DNA of 64,000 nucleotides, taken from Savitreella phatthalungensis. Lineage: Eukaryota. Positions 24,427-34,266 of the stretch are shown in pieces (positions within the stretch are counted from its first letter, which is position 1; the number at the start of each line of letters is the position of its first letter). The notes under the pieces are model-generated. The model was not told the origin of the DNA, searched no databases, and worked only from the letters and a program-made list of their open reading frames with translations. The position numbers were made by a program, and so were the translations under genes. The DNA lies in the NCBI GenBank assembly GCA_051599415.1, contig AP039700.1, forward strand, positions 62,001 to 126,000, written 5' to 3'.

Positions 24427-25578
24427 CTACACTAACTGCCACATTCTCACAGATCGTATCTGCAAAGACGGAGATGACCAACTCGTTCGCCAACTCGAGT
24501 TTGCAGCGTAGAAAGACCGCATGGCAGGTTGTATGTCCATTGAATTGGACCAAGGCTTTGCCGCGACATCAGCAAAAATGCCACTGAGGCCGCCTGCGTT
24601 GATCCGCATGACAAGCTGAAATGGTACGTCGAAAGGTGCAGCCAGAGTCCCATTGCCCCATGGGTTCATAAAGTGATTGACACGTGGGTCATCGCGATTG
24701 TAGTGAACAATGTTCCAAAATCCAAGCGGCCATGTGTAATGCAGCATGATATTTGAAGGACGGTCGAGATATGTGATCACAGAGTCAGATGTCCACTGGA
24801 CGCCAAATGTATGGAAGGTCTGACTAAAGTCTCTGCCGTGACTTTGAATTGTGTTGCGCGCTTTGTAGTTGTTATCGCCCGCGACTTGCCCTGCCGCTCC
24901 AAAATGCAGCATCGTATCGAGCTTGTCTGTGCCGCCGGACTTGTATCCGGGCGCATTACCACGGACTTGGGCAATGTCGATTCGACCGGAGCCTGGGAAT
25001 TGTCCGTAGACAAGATCGGCAGGTTCGAGTGATATGGTGGAATAGAGCCAATCTGCGCGTGGAAATTTTGCCTCGACCTCGACTCGACCGAACGTGATAC
25101 TGCGCATTGTCCGCAATCTCGCGGTGTTGATCTGTGGCACAGCATCTGTTTCATTTGCGAATGCTACGCAGTCGGCTCGCAACTTGGATGTGCACGCGGA
25201 TCCCAGATCTACAGTCGCGCCAGCCATGTTCACAGGTTCCAATGTCGGTCGTAGATGCAACGTGCCACTTTGAACAAAAGCATTCAGAGCTGTCGAACGA
25301 TCAAAAGTCGCTTCGTGTTGCCCACGGAAAAATTGCTCTTGCTGCCACTCACTGTTCGCCAGACTGTGGAAGTGATCCTCGAATACAAGATGAAAACGGC
25401 GGTGATTTGAAGTGAGAGTGACCGTTAATGCCATCGCCACCAGCCACAGCGAGCCGACCAGCATGCCTGACCATACAATCCAGCGCGAACGTTTCAGATC
25501 CTTTGCTGTTCTGCGGTTGATGGAAACTACCTCGCGGCTGAGCCAGCCTGGTTGAGCAGGCTTTTTAAAGCCAGACAT
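24427..25578 (-). CDS. Membrane-anchored GH16 (laminarinase/beta-glucan-binding-protein-like), catalytically degenerate
   Basis: N-terminal TM (WIVWSGMLVGSLWLVAMAL), LVFEDHF, TARLRT..FGRVEVEAKFP, FHTFGVQWT, APFDVPF, IRSVRMWQ. The active-site motif reads SGRIDIAQ instead of SGEIDIxE. Confidence 0.88.
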   Translation of the reverse strand: MSGFKKPAQPGWLSREVVSINRRTAKDLKRSRWIVWSGMLVGSLWLVAMALTVTLTSNHRRFHLVFEDHFHSLANSEWQQEQFFRGQHEATFDRSTALNAFVQSGTLHLRPTLEPVNMAGATVDLGSACTSKLRADCVAFANETDAVPQINTARLRTMRSITFGRVEVEAKFPRADWLYSTISLEPADLVYGQFPGSGRIDIAQVRGNAPGYKSGGTDKLDTMLHFGAAGQVAGDNNYKARNTIQSHGRDFSQTFHTFGVQWTSDSVITYLDRPSNIMLHYTWPLGFWNIVHYNRDDPRVNHFMNPWGNGTLAAPFDVPFQLVMRINAGGLSGIFADVAAKPWSNSMDIQPAMRSFYAANSSWRTSWSSPSLQIRSVRMWQLV

Positions 25579-25879
25579 GCTTCTTGCGCGACTACCTGAA
25601 TATGAATATTACCAGATCTCGAGAGCAGCATTCCGCATGACCGCGTCGATGCTTGCTCTTGGAAACGTGCTGTACGTAAGACGATAGTGTGCCCCAAGGC
25701 GACTATCAAGGGCTGTATCGAAAATTTTGGGACAAAGTCTTTGTCTGACGATGCCATTGTTTTTACTGACGATGACATGTGATAAAACGAGCCTAAGACA
25801 ATTCATCATTTATGCTCCATGATTTCTCGATCAGAGCTCCTCCGTGTCCGTTCAGCTACTCAACAGAAGCATATCGGGT

Positions 25880-28256
25880 ATGGCTAGGTCAAACGATGAT
25901 GCGATTTTCCTTCGTCACACTCTCCAGTACGGATTACGCGAGCAATGGTTTGAACCGGAGTTGAAGGCCGTCGACAGCCAGATGTGCCTGATAGCGCTGA
26001 AGAATGCTACAGGTGAAATATTGACAAACGAGAATGTAGTCGATGAGCTTGTGGCTCTATTGTGTGCCTCAGATCAGTCAGTGATGGTTCGCTTGTTTAA
26101 CGCCAGTATTCGTCGCTTCATACGCTCACGTCAACCATTCGAACGGTCGGTCCAACTAGGCTGTTGGGGCACGTGCACGATCTTTGACGGGTGGAATGAT
26201 ATCGGAGAAGAATACGTCGCGAAACACGGCCTTGCTTTACTGCGAAGTGGATCGATTCTGGTATGGTGTTCGGATCCAGTTGACATTTTCGATACGGCCC
26301 AATCAGTACTTCGACTCGTGCTAGATTGTGTTCATGGAGAGCGGAAAGAATTCCACAAAGATCAGCTGGTCGAGCATGTGGAAGAACTTTTGGAGGATGA
26401 CGATCTTGGCCTTGACGGCACTGATTCCTGGAACGAGAGACCGGTACGGTGGATATGGTCTGTTATCGTTGGGCTGACCTTCACGCTGATAGGAGGGTCC
26501 TGGGGGGTAATACTGAGCGCTCTCTTACGTGTTGTCCTTATGGATCGATCGTGGTCTCAACTTCTTTACCTCTTCTACTTTCCATTTTCGGGATTCCTAT
26601 CGAGTTTCCTGATCTCCGTCATCGTCCTCGGCTGTTTCCAATGCTTTGGACCGATTTCCCATCTATCTCAGAACAGTCGCACTTACTCAGGCCAAAAGCC
26701 GCAAATTCGCCTTGCGGCATCGGATCTGCCACATATTACGATTCAATGCCCGGTATATCGGGAAGATTTGCAAAGCGTGCTTGAGCCGACATTTAAATCT
26801 GTTCAACGTGCCATTGCGACATACGAAAGCCAGGGCGGCTCGGCCAGAATTGTGATATACGACGACGGACTGCAGATCCTAGCCAATGAGGCACGTACTG
26901 AGCGTGAGCAATATTACACTCAACACGACATTGCTTGGATTGCTCGCCCTCCACACAACAAGGATGGATTTGTGCGGGCGGGGGCTTTCAAGAAAGCAAG
27001 TAATCTCAACTTCGGGATGAACTTCGCTGCTCAGACGCACGATCTTGGACGTGTCCCGGAAACTGATTACGTGGTCTCCCATGGTGGTAATTTTCTGCTT
27101 GGACCGATCATACTGCTAATTGATGCGGACACGCGGATCCCGGAAGACTGCTTCCTCGACGCAGTCAAAGAATTCGCAGAATCACCGGAAGTGGCAATTT
27201 TGCAGCACCCAAGCGGTGTTCTGCGCGTCATGAATAACTACTGGGAAAATGCACTGGCGCATTTCACCCAAAATAATTATTTCAGCACACGCTATATCGT
27301 AGCCGCTGGCGATGCGACGCCTTTCTTCGGCCACAACGCTTTCCTGCGTTCTGAAGCCATTGACAGTCTTGCCGTGACGGACAGCGACGGGACACGTCGC
27401 TGGTGGTCGGAGCGCCATGTAAGTGAGGACTTTGAGATGGCGCTCAAGCTGCAATCGACAGGCTATATTTTACGTATGGCTGGCTACTCAAACTACGATT
27501 TCAAGGAAGGCGTGTGTTTGTCCGTCTACGACGAAATCAGCCGCTGGGAAAAGTATGCATACGGGATCTCTGAGTTAGTCTTTCGACCGATCCGACAGTG
27601 GCATCACGGCCCGTTGACGCCTCTATTCTGTCAGTTCATCTCATCCTCGAGCGATCTTAGCGCAAAGTGTTCGTCACTCTTTTATATGGGAACATACTTC
27701 GGCCTCGCCTATGCTTGGCCGTTCAGCTTGCTGAACTACATCGCCTTGGGGTTCTGGCGTGAGGAAATCGGCAGCTATTTTGTCTCTGCGCCTGCAGATT
27801 CTAATCAGCGTGACGGTGATCTTCGGGCTGAAAGATGCTGTTGTCGGTACGCTGGTACAATATCGCTTAGGCGAGACGAGCTTGTGGCGCGGGCTTGCAA
27901 ATTCTATTCGAGCATTGTGCGTGACCACTCTGTTCTTCCAGGGACTCAGTCTCCACGTGGCCGGTTGTATGCTGCGTCATCTCTTAGGCCTACCCATGTC
28001 CTGGGGCGCAACGGCCAAATCGGCCACTCGGACGACTTTGCGAGCTGACATCGCCCTCTTCCTGAACCGGTACAAGTATATCTACGCAATGAACAGCGTA
28101 GTGCTTGTAGCGATCGTTTTGAACGGCGTGGCAACGCCACCGGCGTGGCGAGTCACATCATTTGCGGCGGTCTTTCCTCTGGCGTGGCAAGTTGTATGCC
28201 ACACACTGATGCCGCTCGTGCTGAACAATAGGTCAATTCTGAATGAACTGGGGTAG
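25880..28256 (+). pseudogene. GT2-family glycosyltransferase, paralog B; intronless, with a +1 frameshift at about 27791 (pseudogene or sequencing error)
   Basis: ITIQCPVYRE, FKKASNLN, LLIDADTRIPEDC, HVSEDF, EISRWEKYAYG. Homology to paralog C continues in another frame (LQILISV...FFQGLSLHV...SWGATAK...MPLVLN) after TCT GCG [C] CTG CAG. Confidence 0.8.
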
Positions 28257-28271
28257 TCATTGATAAGCTCA

Positions 28272-29171
28272 TTAAACGGCTCGCATGGGAACCTTTCGCC
28301 TGACGCTTGACATGATTTCGTCTCTTTTATAGTCGTTATCGTAATCAGAAAATCCGACAGGGTCGGCAGCGCTATCGAGGTCGGCCATCGGTGCACCGAC
28401 GAGTCGATCTAGATCGGAGCGTGATGACTTGGTCACTCGGTCGCGTGACAAAGATGTACTGCAATTGCCTTCGTGCTCGCGACTGATGTGTTTGCGCAGA
28501 GTCACAGCATGAGCAAAACGCCGACCACATTGTGTACAGGCGTGCAAACGCTTGCCATCATGTTTGATTGTGACGTGCTTGGCTAATGCATAAGCTTTCG
28601 TGTACCTTTTGCAACATCCGTCGTACGTGCATGTAAACACTTTGCGACTGTCGAGTGGGCGTTCGTGCAAAAGCTCATGTTCCCTCAATTGACGGGACTC
28701 GGGAAAGACACGTCCACAGGACCGACAAGAAGGCTTGTGATCGACGCGCTGATGTCGCAGTAGTTCCTGTCTGAGTCGAAAGCTTGCATCACATCGAGCA
28801 CAAAAATGACGGAGTTGCACATTGTGTACCTGCTTGATATGCCGCGTCAGGGCAGACGGAAAATCGAAAGTCTTATTGCATTGTGAGCACGCGTGAGCAC
28901 GCTTTCCATTGTGCTCAGACTCTAAATGAACTTTGCGCAACGAGTGCTTCGCAAATGACCGATGGCAGTCTGGACAGGGATATTTTGCGTGTGTAGATTC
29001 GTGGGCAGTCCTGTGCTGTTCGCTGTTGAATCGACGATTGCAGCCGCCAATGCGACACTCGAGCACACGTTCGAACTCCGCTTTGTGACCGGCCTCATGC
29101 GCGTCCAGGCGGGACTGATACGTGAATGTTTTCGGGCACCCTGGGTATGCGCAGCTTAGCCGCTGCGTCAT
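28272..29171 (-). CDS. C2H2 zinc-finger protein with 8 fingers, TFIIIA-like
   Basis: Eight CxxC/CxxxxC...H...H repeats. The RKVFTCTYDGC...KHVTIKHDG finger and the C-terminal LDRLVG resemble fungal TFIIIA (Pzf1/Sfc2). Orthology is inferred. Confidence 0.75.
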   Translation of the reverse strand: MTQRLSCAYPGCPKTFTYQSRLDAHEAGHKAEFERVLECRIGGCNRRFNSEQHRTAHESTHAKYPCPDCHRSFAKHSLRKVHLESEHNGKRAHACSQCNKTFDFPSALTRHIKQVHNVQLRHFCARCDASFRLRQELLRHQRVDHKPSCRSCGRVFPESRQLREHELLHERPLDSRKVFTCTYDGCCKRYTKAYALAKHVTIKHDGKRLHACTQCGRRFAHAVTLRKHISREHEGNCSTSLSRDRVTKSSRSDLDRLVGAPMADLDSAADPVGFSDYDNDYKRDEIMSSVRRKVPMRAV

Positions 29172-29650
29172 CGATCATATATTGACCGCTGCATAGGACT
29201 GCACGTACTTTTGTTCTACGGATCGTGTTTGTCCGTGCACGCAAAGCCTTTTCTGAATATGTGCGTGCGCATGATAAACTTGCCATTTATACAACAAAAG
29301 GTAAATTAAAATCAGCGAGCCGTGCAACTCGAGGGACACTCTGAATGCACAGAGGACTTGCGCACGCGCCTCATCAAGGACAAAGGCTTTCTGATCAGTC
29401 ATCATGAATTTTCGAAGCTTCGACGCACCGGCGTCGCCCACGGCTACGTGAACAGTACTAGCGAAATGAAATTGTCAGCATAGAATTTGTAGGTCGTCAC
29501 AGCTCGGGCTAGTGGTGAACGGCTATACTCAGGCAATCGAAGGACATCAGCTGAGAGAGCCGCTGTGGTCTCCACGGTTGTCGTAGACGCGAGGGCGACT
29601 GCCGGCGCATTCTAGGCATTCTGAGCTCAACAGCCGGAGTGCGATTGCCC

Positions 29651-32600
29651 TTAAGCACTGATATATTTGGCGAGATCGACCGTAAGACTCCGGGACGAAT
29701 TCATAGCCGAGTCTCTGTAAATGCCGACCAGACCGTCAGACTTATGAAACAATTTGTTTTTCAGACTTATGACCAGGAACTGGAGCTTGTCACCAGCATT
29801 TGCCTGGATGTAGTTCGCGATGCGTTCGACGTTGGCGTTGTCAAGCGCCGCATCGACTTCATCGAGCACGAAGAATGGCGACGGCGAATAATTGTGTACA
29901 GCGAAGAGTAAGGCAAGTGCGGCCATTGTTTTTTCGCCGCCACTTAGCTGATCCATGTCCCGGAAGCGTTTCATTGGTGGCATGGCGTGATACTTCACGC
30001 CGGCCAGATAAGGCTCATCAGAATCCTCGAGGCTCATATGAGCGGTGCCACCTATAGGTACCGCAGAGCTGCGAGTCAAGCTCTTGTACACTTCGTCGAT
30101 CGAGCCTGCAATGTGCTCATAGGCAGCATTGAAGAGCTGCAGACGCTTGCGCTTTACAGCGTTGAATTGCTCCTTTGCCAGTTTGACCGCCCGACGACTG
30201 GCGTCAAAATCGCGCTCGGTCTCTGAGTGGCGAAGCTCGACGCCCTGCAGCCGCTCGATGGCGCGAAGATTCGGCCGCAGTCGTTCAAGCTCAAGATCTA
30301 CGTCCTGCAGCTTTTGCTCCAAACGATTACCAGTCTCCTCGTCGGGCTCTCTGTAATTGTCATCTAGCTCCTCATAGTCGATCTGCAATGCCCAGCTCTC
30401 GATCATGTCGTTCAGGGATTGCTGCCGACTGCCTGTTTGTTCAAGGGGCACGGCGTCCAGGGAGCCACGTAGAAGTGGCAAATTGATCTCCTCAAGCTTA
30501 CATCTTTTCAAGATGGCATGAGCATTGTTGAGGCTCTTGGCGATAGCGGTCTCAAGATTGCTGGCTCGACTCAAGACCTGGTCCAGTTCGGAAGCCTTGT
30601 CAAAAGAGCTCCTGCGCGCGACGTCGACATTCACAGACCGTTCGTCAAGTGTTTGTGTCGCACGCGTCACTGCTGACTTCGCCTCCGCAAGCTCATTTTC
30701 GGCATGATGAACTCCATCGAGAAGAAGGTCGCGCTGTGCTTGCGTGTCTCGAAGCGCGGTTTCGTCACGGAGGTGCATATCTCGCAGTTTGGCGAGCCGG
30801 CTGGTTGTTTCCTCTCGCTTGAGTTGCTCGAACGAGAGAGAGTTCTCTAGCCGAGATCGATGAGCGGCGAACGTAGCGCGCTGTCTAGCAGCTTCTTGCC
30901 GTAGCTGCCCTTGAGAGCTTTCGTAATCTTGTATCGAAGAGAGACTCAGACGCGCACAGAAGTCACGAAAAAGGTCATTTTCGCGCGCAGTGACAACAGC
31001 GAGGACCTGATCGACGGTCCTGTCGACGGCGCTTTTCCGCTGCTGGACAGCGGCGAGGTCTGTTTGTGCAGTTTCCTCTAATGCAGCGATTTGCTCCCGG
31101 AGCCCATCGACTATGCGGCCTGCCGCGTCTCGATCTCGTTGGACAATCTGCAAGCGTGCGCGGATCGCATCGACCTCTAGCGCCGAAACGGTAGTCTCAG
31201 CAAGCTGCCGGCGTTTCTTCGTTAGCGTACTGAGTTGGCTCATCAGCGAATCCTGAACTCGTCGGAGTCCTTCAACGTCGGCCATTGATACGGAGGAAGT
31301 GGACGTTGTCCGCGGAGTCTGACCGCCAGTCAGATTGCCTGATTTGTGGATAATAGTGCCTTCAACAGTGATGACCTTCACGCCTATTCTGCGAGTGTAG
31401 GCCAGCTCACGGGCCTCCTCAAGTGTGTCACAGATCAGAGTGTCGCCGCATGCGTATTGTACAGCTCGCTCGATTGCTGCTGAATAGTGCAAGCAATTGA
31501 TAGCAAGCCTAGCATTCTTCCCGATACTGAGCAGCTCTGCCCTGAGGGGCTTCGGTGCAAGCGTATCCAAGGGTAAGAAGGTCGCTACGCCTGTCTGCTG
31601 CTCGCGCATGTACTCAATACAGTCGCGCGCAGTTTTCTCGGTGTCAACGATAAAGCTGTCCAGGTTTCGCCCCAAGGCTAGCTGGATGGCTGCATCATGT
31701 CTGCTTTGTGTTGCTTTGACGAGCTCGACTACGCGTCCCCGCACGCCGGGGAAGATGTTCCTGAGAGAGATGCCGAGGGCACGCATACGACCTTCCTTTT
31801 TCGTTTCGGCTTCTAGCGCACCGAGGTCGGCAAGCTCTTCCAAAGTCTCGCGCAACTTGTCGTTCAGATCAAGCTCTTGACGCTCCAGAGAGCTGCGTTC
31901 GTCTGCAATTTTCTGCGCGCGAGCCACGACGTCATTAAGCTCAGCTGAAGCGCCTTGTACATTCTCTTCCTGAGCATGAAGCTGCGCTATTGCAGCCTGG
32001 AGCGAGTCCTGCAAGGCCTGCCGGTGCATTTGCTCATCATGCGCGCGTTGCTGTAGGCTCGCAATTTGTTCTCCAAGGATGCGCTGGCGCTGGCGCTGGC
32101 CGTCCAATTGCTCCTTTTCTGCTGCAAGTGCCTTGTCGGCTTGGTCACGTAAACCACGGTACGCATCGTAGTCGGCATCAGACAGATCTGTCGTCTGGCG
32201 ATCCTTCATTTGTTGCTCGAAACGCGCTTCCGCAACGTGCAGTCGATCGAGATCGCGCTCGTACTCACTGATCTTGTTGTCAGCAAGCTCATGCTCCAAT
32301 TCGCGGATCTTGCGGTTTTGAGAGAACATAGCCTTCTGCAGAGCGGCCATTCGCTCTTCCGCGGCATCGATCTTCGGTAGCTGTTCACTTCTCGCGTCTT
32401 CGCGCTCTCTCACAGTCTGCTTAGCCTTACGCACAGCTTTCAGGGCCCGGAGGTGTTCCTGCTCAGCTCTTTTGAGCTCTGCATCCACACTGTCGAGTCC
32501 ACGTCTGGAATCGTCTGCCTCTGTATACCGAGCACGCAACTTAGAGCGGTCTTCTTCAATCTGAACGTCGATTCGTTTGAGCTTCCACAATATCTGTTGT

Positions 32601-33250
32601 TGCATTAGGCCTTCTCGCTCGTCCGCCTTGCGCTTATATGCTTTTGCTTCCCTCTGCTGGTCCGCAAATTGACGAAGATCAGAGTTGACACTTCGCTTGG
32701 CATGGAAGCTGAGCGCCGAAAGTTCGATTGCTTTTTCCTGTTCAGCTTTGAGCCGTTCGTATTCGGCTCTGTACTCGATCGACCCACTGATTTGTTCGAT
32801 CAGCTTCGTGAGGTCTTTAGGTGACTGGCTTGCGACCGCCTCCACGTCGCCCTGAAATACCAGGAAGTTACGCGCGCGGATTAGAATGTTGTGAGACTCC
32901 AGGATAGCGTTGTACTCGCTTGCAGAAACGCTGCGGCCATCAACCGAGTAATCGCTACCCTGAGTTGAGCCAATCCGACGGGAAAATCTCCAATCACGCG
33001 ATCCGTCGTTGAAAATCGCGGTGACGCTTGCATCTTGTTCACCAGTAGAAATCAAATCGCGCAGATGACTGCTGCGCAATTGACTAGATCGTATACCAAG
33101 AACAAAGCTGATAGCATCCATGAGGTTGGACTTTCCAGAGCCATTCGGGCCACATACTGAGCTGAAGTCGCGGAATGGACCGATGATCTGGACTCCTCTA
33201 TAGCTTTTGAAATTGTTGAGCTCGAGTGAGACGAGCCGGCCTTTAGACAT
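29651..33250 (-). CDS. SMC1: Cohesin subunit Smc1
   Basis: Start MSKGRLVSLELNNFKSY, Walker A GPNGSGKSNLMDAISFVLG, ARNFLVFQGDVE, hinge (GVRGRV, TFLPL), PPMKRFRDMDQLSGGEK, FFVLDEVDAALD. Confidence 0.97.
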   Translation of the reverse strand: MSKGRLVSLELNNFKSYRGVQIIGPFRDFSSVCGPNGSGKSNLMDAISFVLGIRSSQLRSSHLRDLISTGEQDASVTAIFNDGSRDWRFSRRIGSTQGSDYSVDGRSVSASEYNAILESHNILIRARNFLVFQGDVEAVASQSPKDLTKLIEQISGSIEYRAEYERLKAEQEKAIELSALSFHAKRSVNSDLRQFADQQREAKAYKRKADEREGLMQQQILWKLKRIDVQIEEDRSKLRARYTEADDSRRGLDSVDAELKRAEQEHLRALKAVRKAKQTVREREDARSEQLPKIDAAEERMAALQKAMFSQNRKIRELEHELADNKISEYERDLDRLHVAEARFEQQMKDRQTTDLSDADYDAYRGLRDQADKALAAEKEQLDGQRQRQRILGEQIASLQQRAHDEQMHRQALQDSLQAAIAQLHAQEENVQGASAELNDVVARAQKIADERSSLERQELDLNDKLRETLEELADLGALEAETKKEGRMRALGISLRNIFPGVRGRVVELVKATQSRHDAAIQLALGRNLDSFIVDTEKTARDCIEYMREQQTGVATFLPLDTLAPKPLRAELLSIGKNARLAINCLHYSAAIERAVQYACGDTLICDTLEEARELAYTRRIGVKVITVEGTIIHKSGNLTGGQTPRTTSTSSVSMADVEGLRRVQDSLMSQLSTLTKKRRQLAETTVSALEVDAIRARLQIVQRDRDAAGRIVDGLREQIAALEETAQTDLAAVQQRKSAVDRTVDQVLAVVTARENDLFRDFCARLSLSSIQDYESSQGQLRQEAARQRATFAAHRSRLENSLSFEQLKREETTSRLAKLRDMHLRDETALRDTQAQRDLLLDGVHHAENELAEAKSAVTRATQTLDERSVNVDVARRSSFDKASELDQVLSRASNLETAIAKSLNNAHAILKRCKLEEINLPLLRGSLDAVPLEQTGSRQQSLNDMIESWALQIDYEELDDNYREPDEETGNRLEQKLQDVDLELERLRPNLRAIERLQGVELRHSETERDFDASRRAVKLAKEQFNAVKRKRLQLFNAAYEHIAGSIDEVYKSLTRSSAVPIGGTAHMSLEDSDEPYLAGVKYHAMPPMKRFRDMDQLSGGEKTMAALALLFAVHNYSPSPFFVLDEVDAALDNANVERIANYIQANAGDKLQFLVISLKNKLFHKSDGLVGIYRDSAMNSSRSLTVDLAKYISA

Positions 33251-33482
33251 GACTGCTGTCCGGAGTCTTCTTTGGCCGCGAGCTTGCCCGTAAGTCCCTC
33301 TTGCTCTGGTGCGACGATCGCGGGCAGCTCTGCGAGACACGAAGCCCCTGTGTTCTTCAAGGGCGAGCACTTCGTGACAAGCTATTCTTATTTTGGCCGA
33401 TGGTCGATATGAACGCGTAGCCAATTCTAATAATGAGATGACAGTCAGACAAAAGGTAAATTCACAAAAAGTCGCGATTTTG

Positions 33483-33950
33483 ACGCGTCTTTACTCGACC
33501 CCATGCATCGATTGATCGATCGATGATCATGTGGGCAAGTATGATCGTGATCATCGATCCAACGAAGAGAACGCTCGATCATGAATCCATAATAATTTTG
33601 AACCGGACTGAACATATATTGCAACGTACGTATGGAATCGTGGTAATCGATATTAATTTACATTACACGCGTCTGATCATGCATACATACGTACGTATGT
33701 ACGTGCGTGAGTACTTACGTTGTAGGCGCACAAATTTATATCTCACCTCAGCTAGATTTCATTGGTAGCGCGGGACTGCAACCGCATGAAGTTTTCATCT
33801 AGCTGTATTTAAGGATTACGCTCAATTTGAATTTCAATTTGAATTTCAATTTGCACTTCAATTTGAATGAGATTTGTGAAATTTACAAGTTGATCTTCAT
33901 GCTGGGATTGCGTATATTGATATTCAGCTAGTCGATCCACAAGAACGCGT
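33483..33950. promoter_or_regulatory. Three ACGCGT (MCB-like) boxes in the SMC1/POB3 divergent promoter
   Basis: ACGCGT at 33483-33488, 33667-33672 and 33945-33950. Confidence 0.5.
33822..33869. repeat. Tandem 12-bp repeat x4 (TCAATTTGAATT)
   Basis: tcaatttgaatt tcaatttgaatt tcaatttgcact tcaatttgaatg. Confidence 0.85.
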
Positions 33951-34266
33951 TCCGGCGAGTATGCAGCATCAATGGAAAGAATCTCGACGTTGTTTCGCGA
34001 AGCCGTAGCTGCTGACGGCCAGAGGCACCAAAAGTCGGAAAGTTAGATTGAGCCCGCCGGAGTTCCGGCATCGAGCCGTGAGGACGGACCTGAAGCAAGG
34101 CGCACAAACGGTGGGACACAGGCAAGCATAAGCTGGCCGAGCAGGACGCTGGCATAGCTATCAGACGCGGATGCAGAGATAGTGTTGACCGAAGAAGACG
34201 AGACGCGCATCCTGTAAGTGATAAAGGCACGGTTGACTGTCTTCGCCAAAAGAGAAGACTCAAACT

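Noticed and set aside
27792..28048. C-terminus of the 734-aa GT2 ORF (PADSNQRDG...)
   Set aside because: Out-of-frame read-through after the 1-nt insertion; paralog homology is in the other frame.
29172..29650. Possible extra upstream exon or small gene before the zinc-finger ORF (GCTGAC..TAG acceptor-like signal)
   Set aside because: I found no frame giving additional zinc fingers or a convincing protein.
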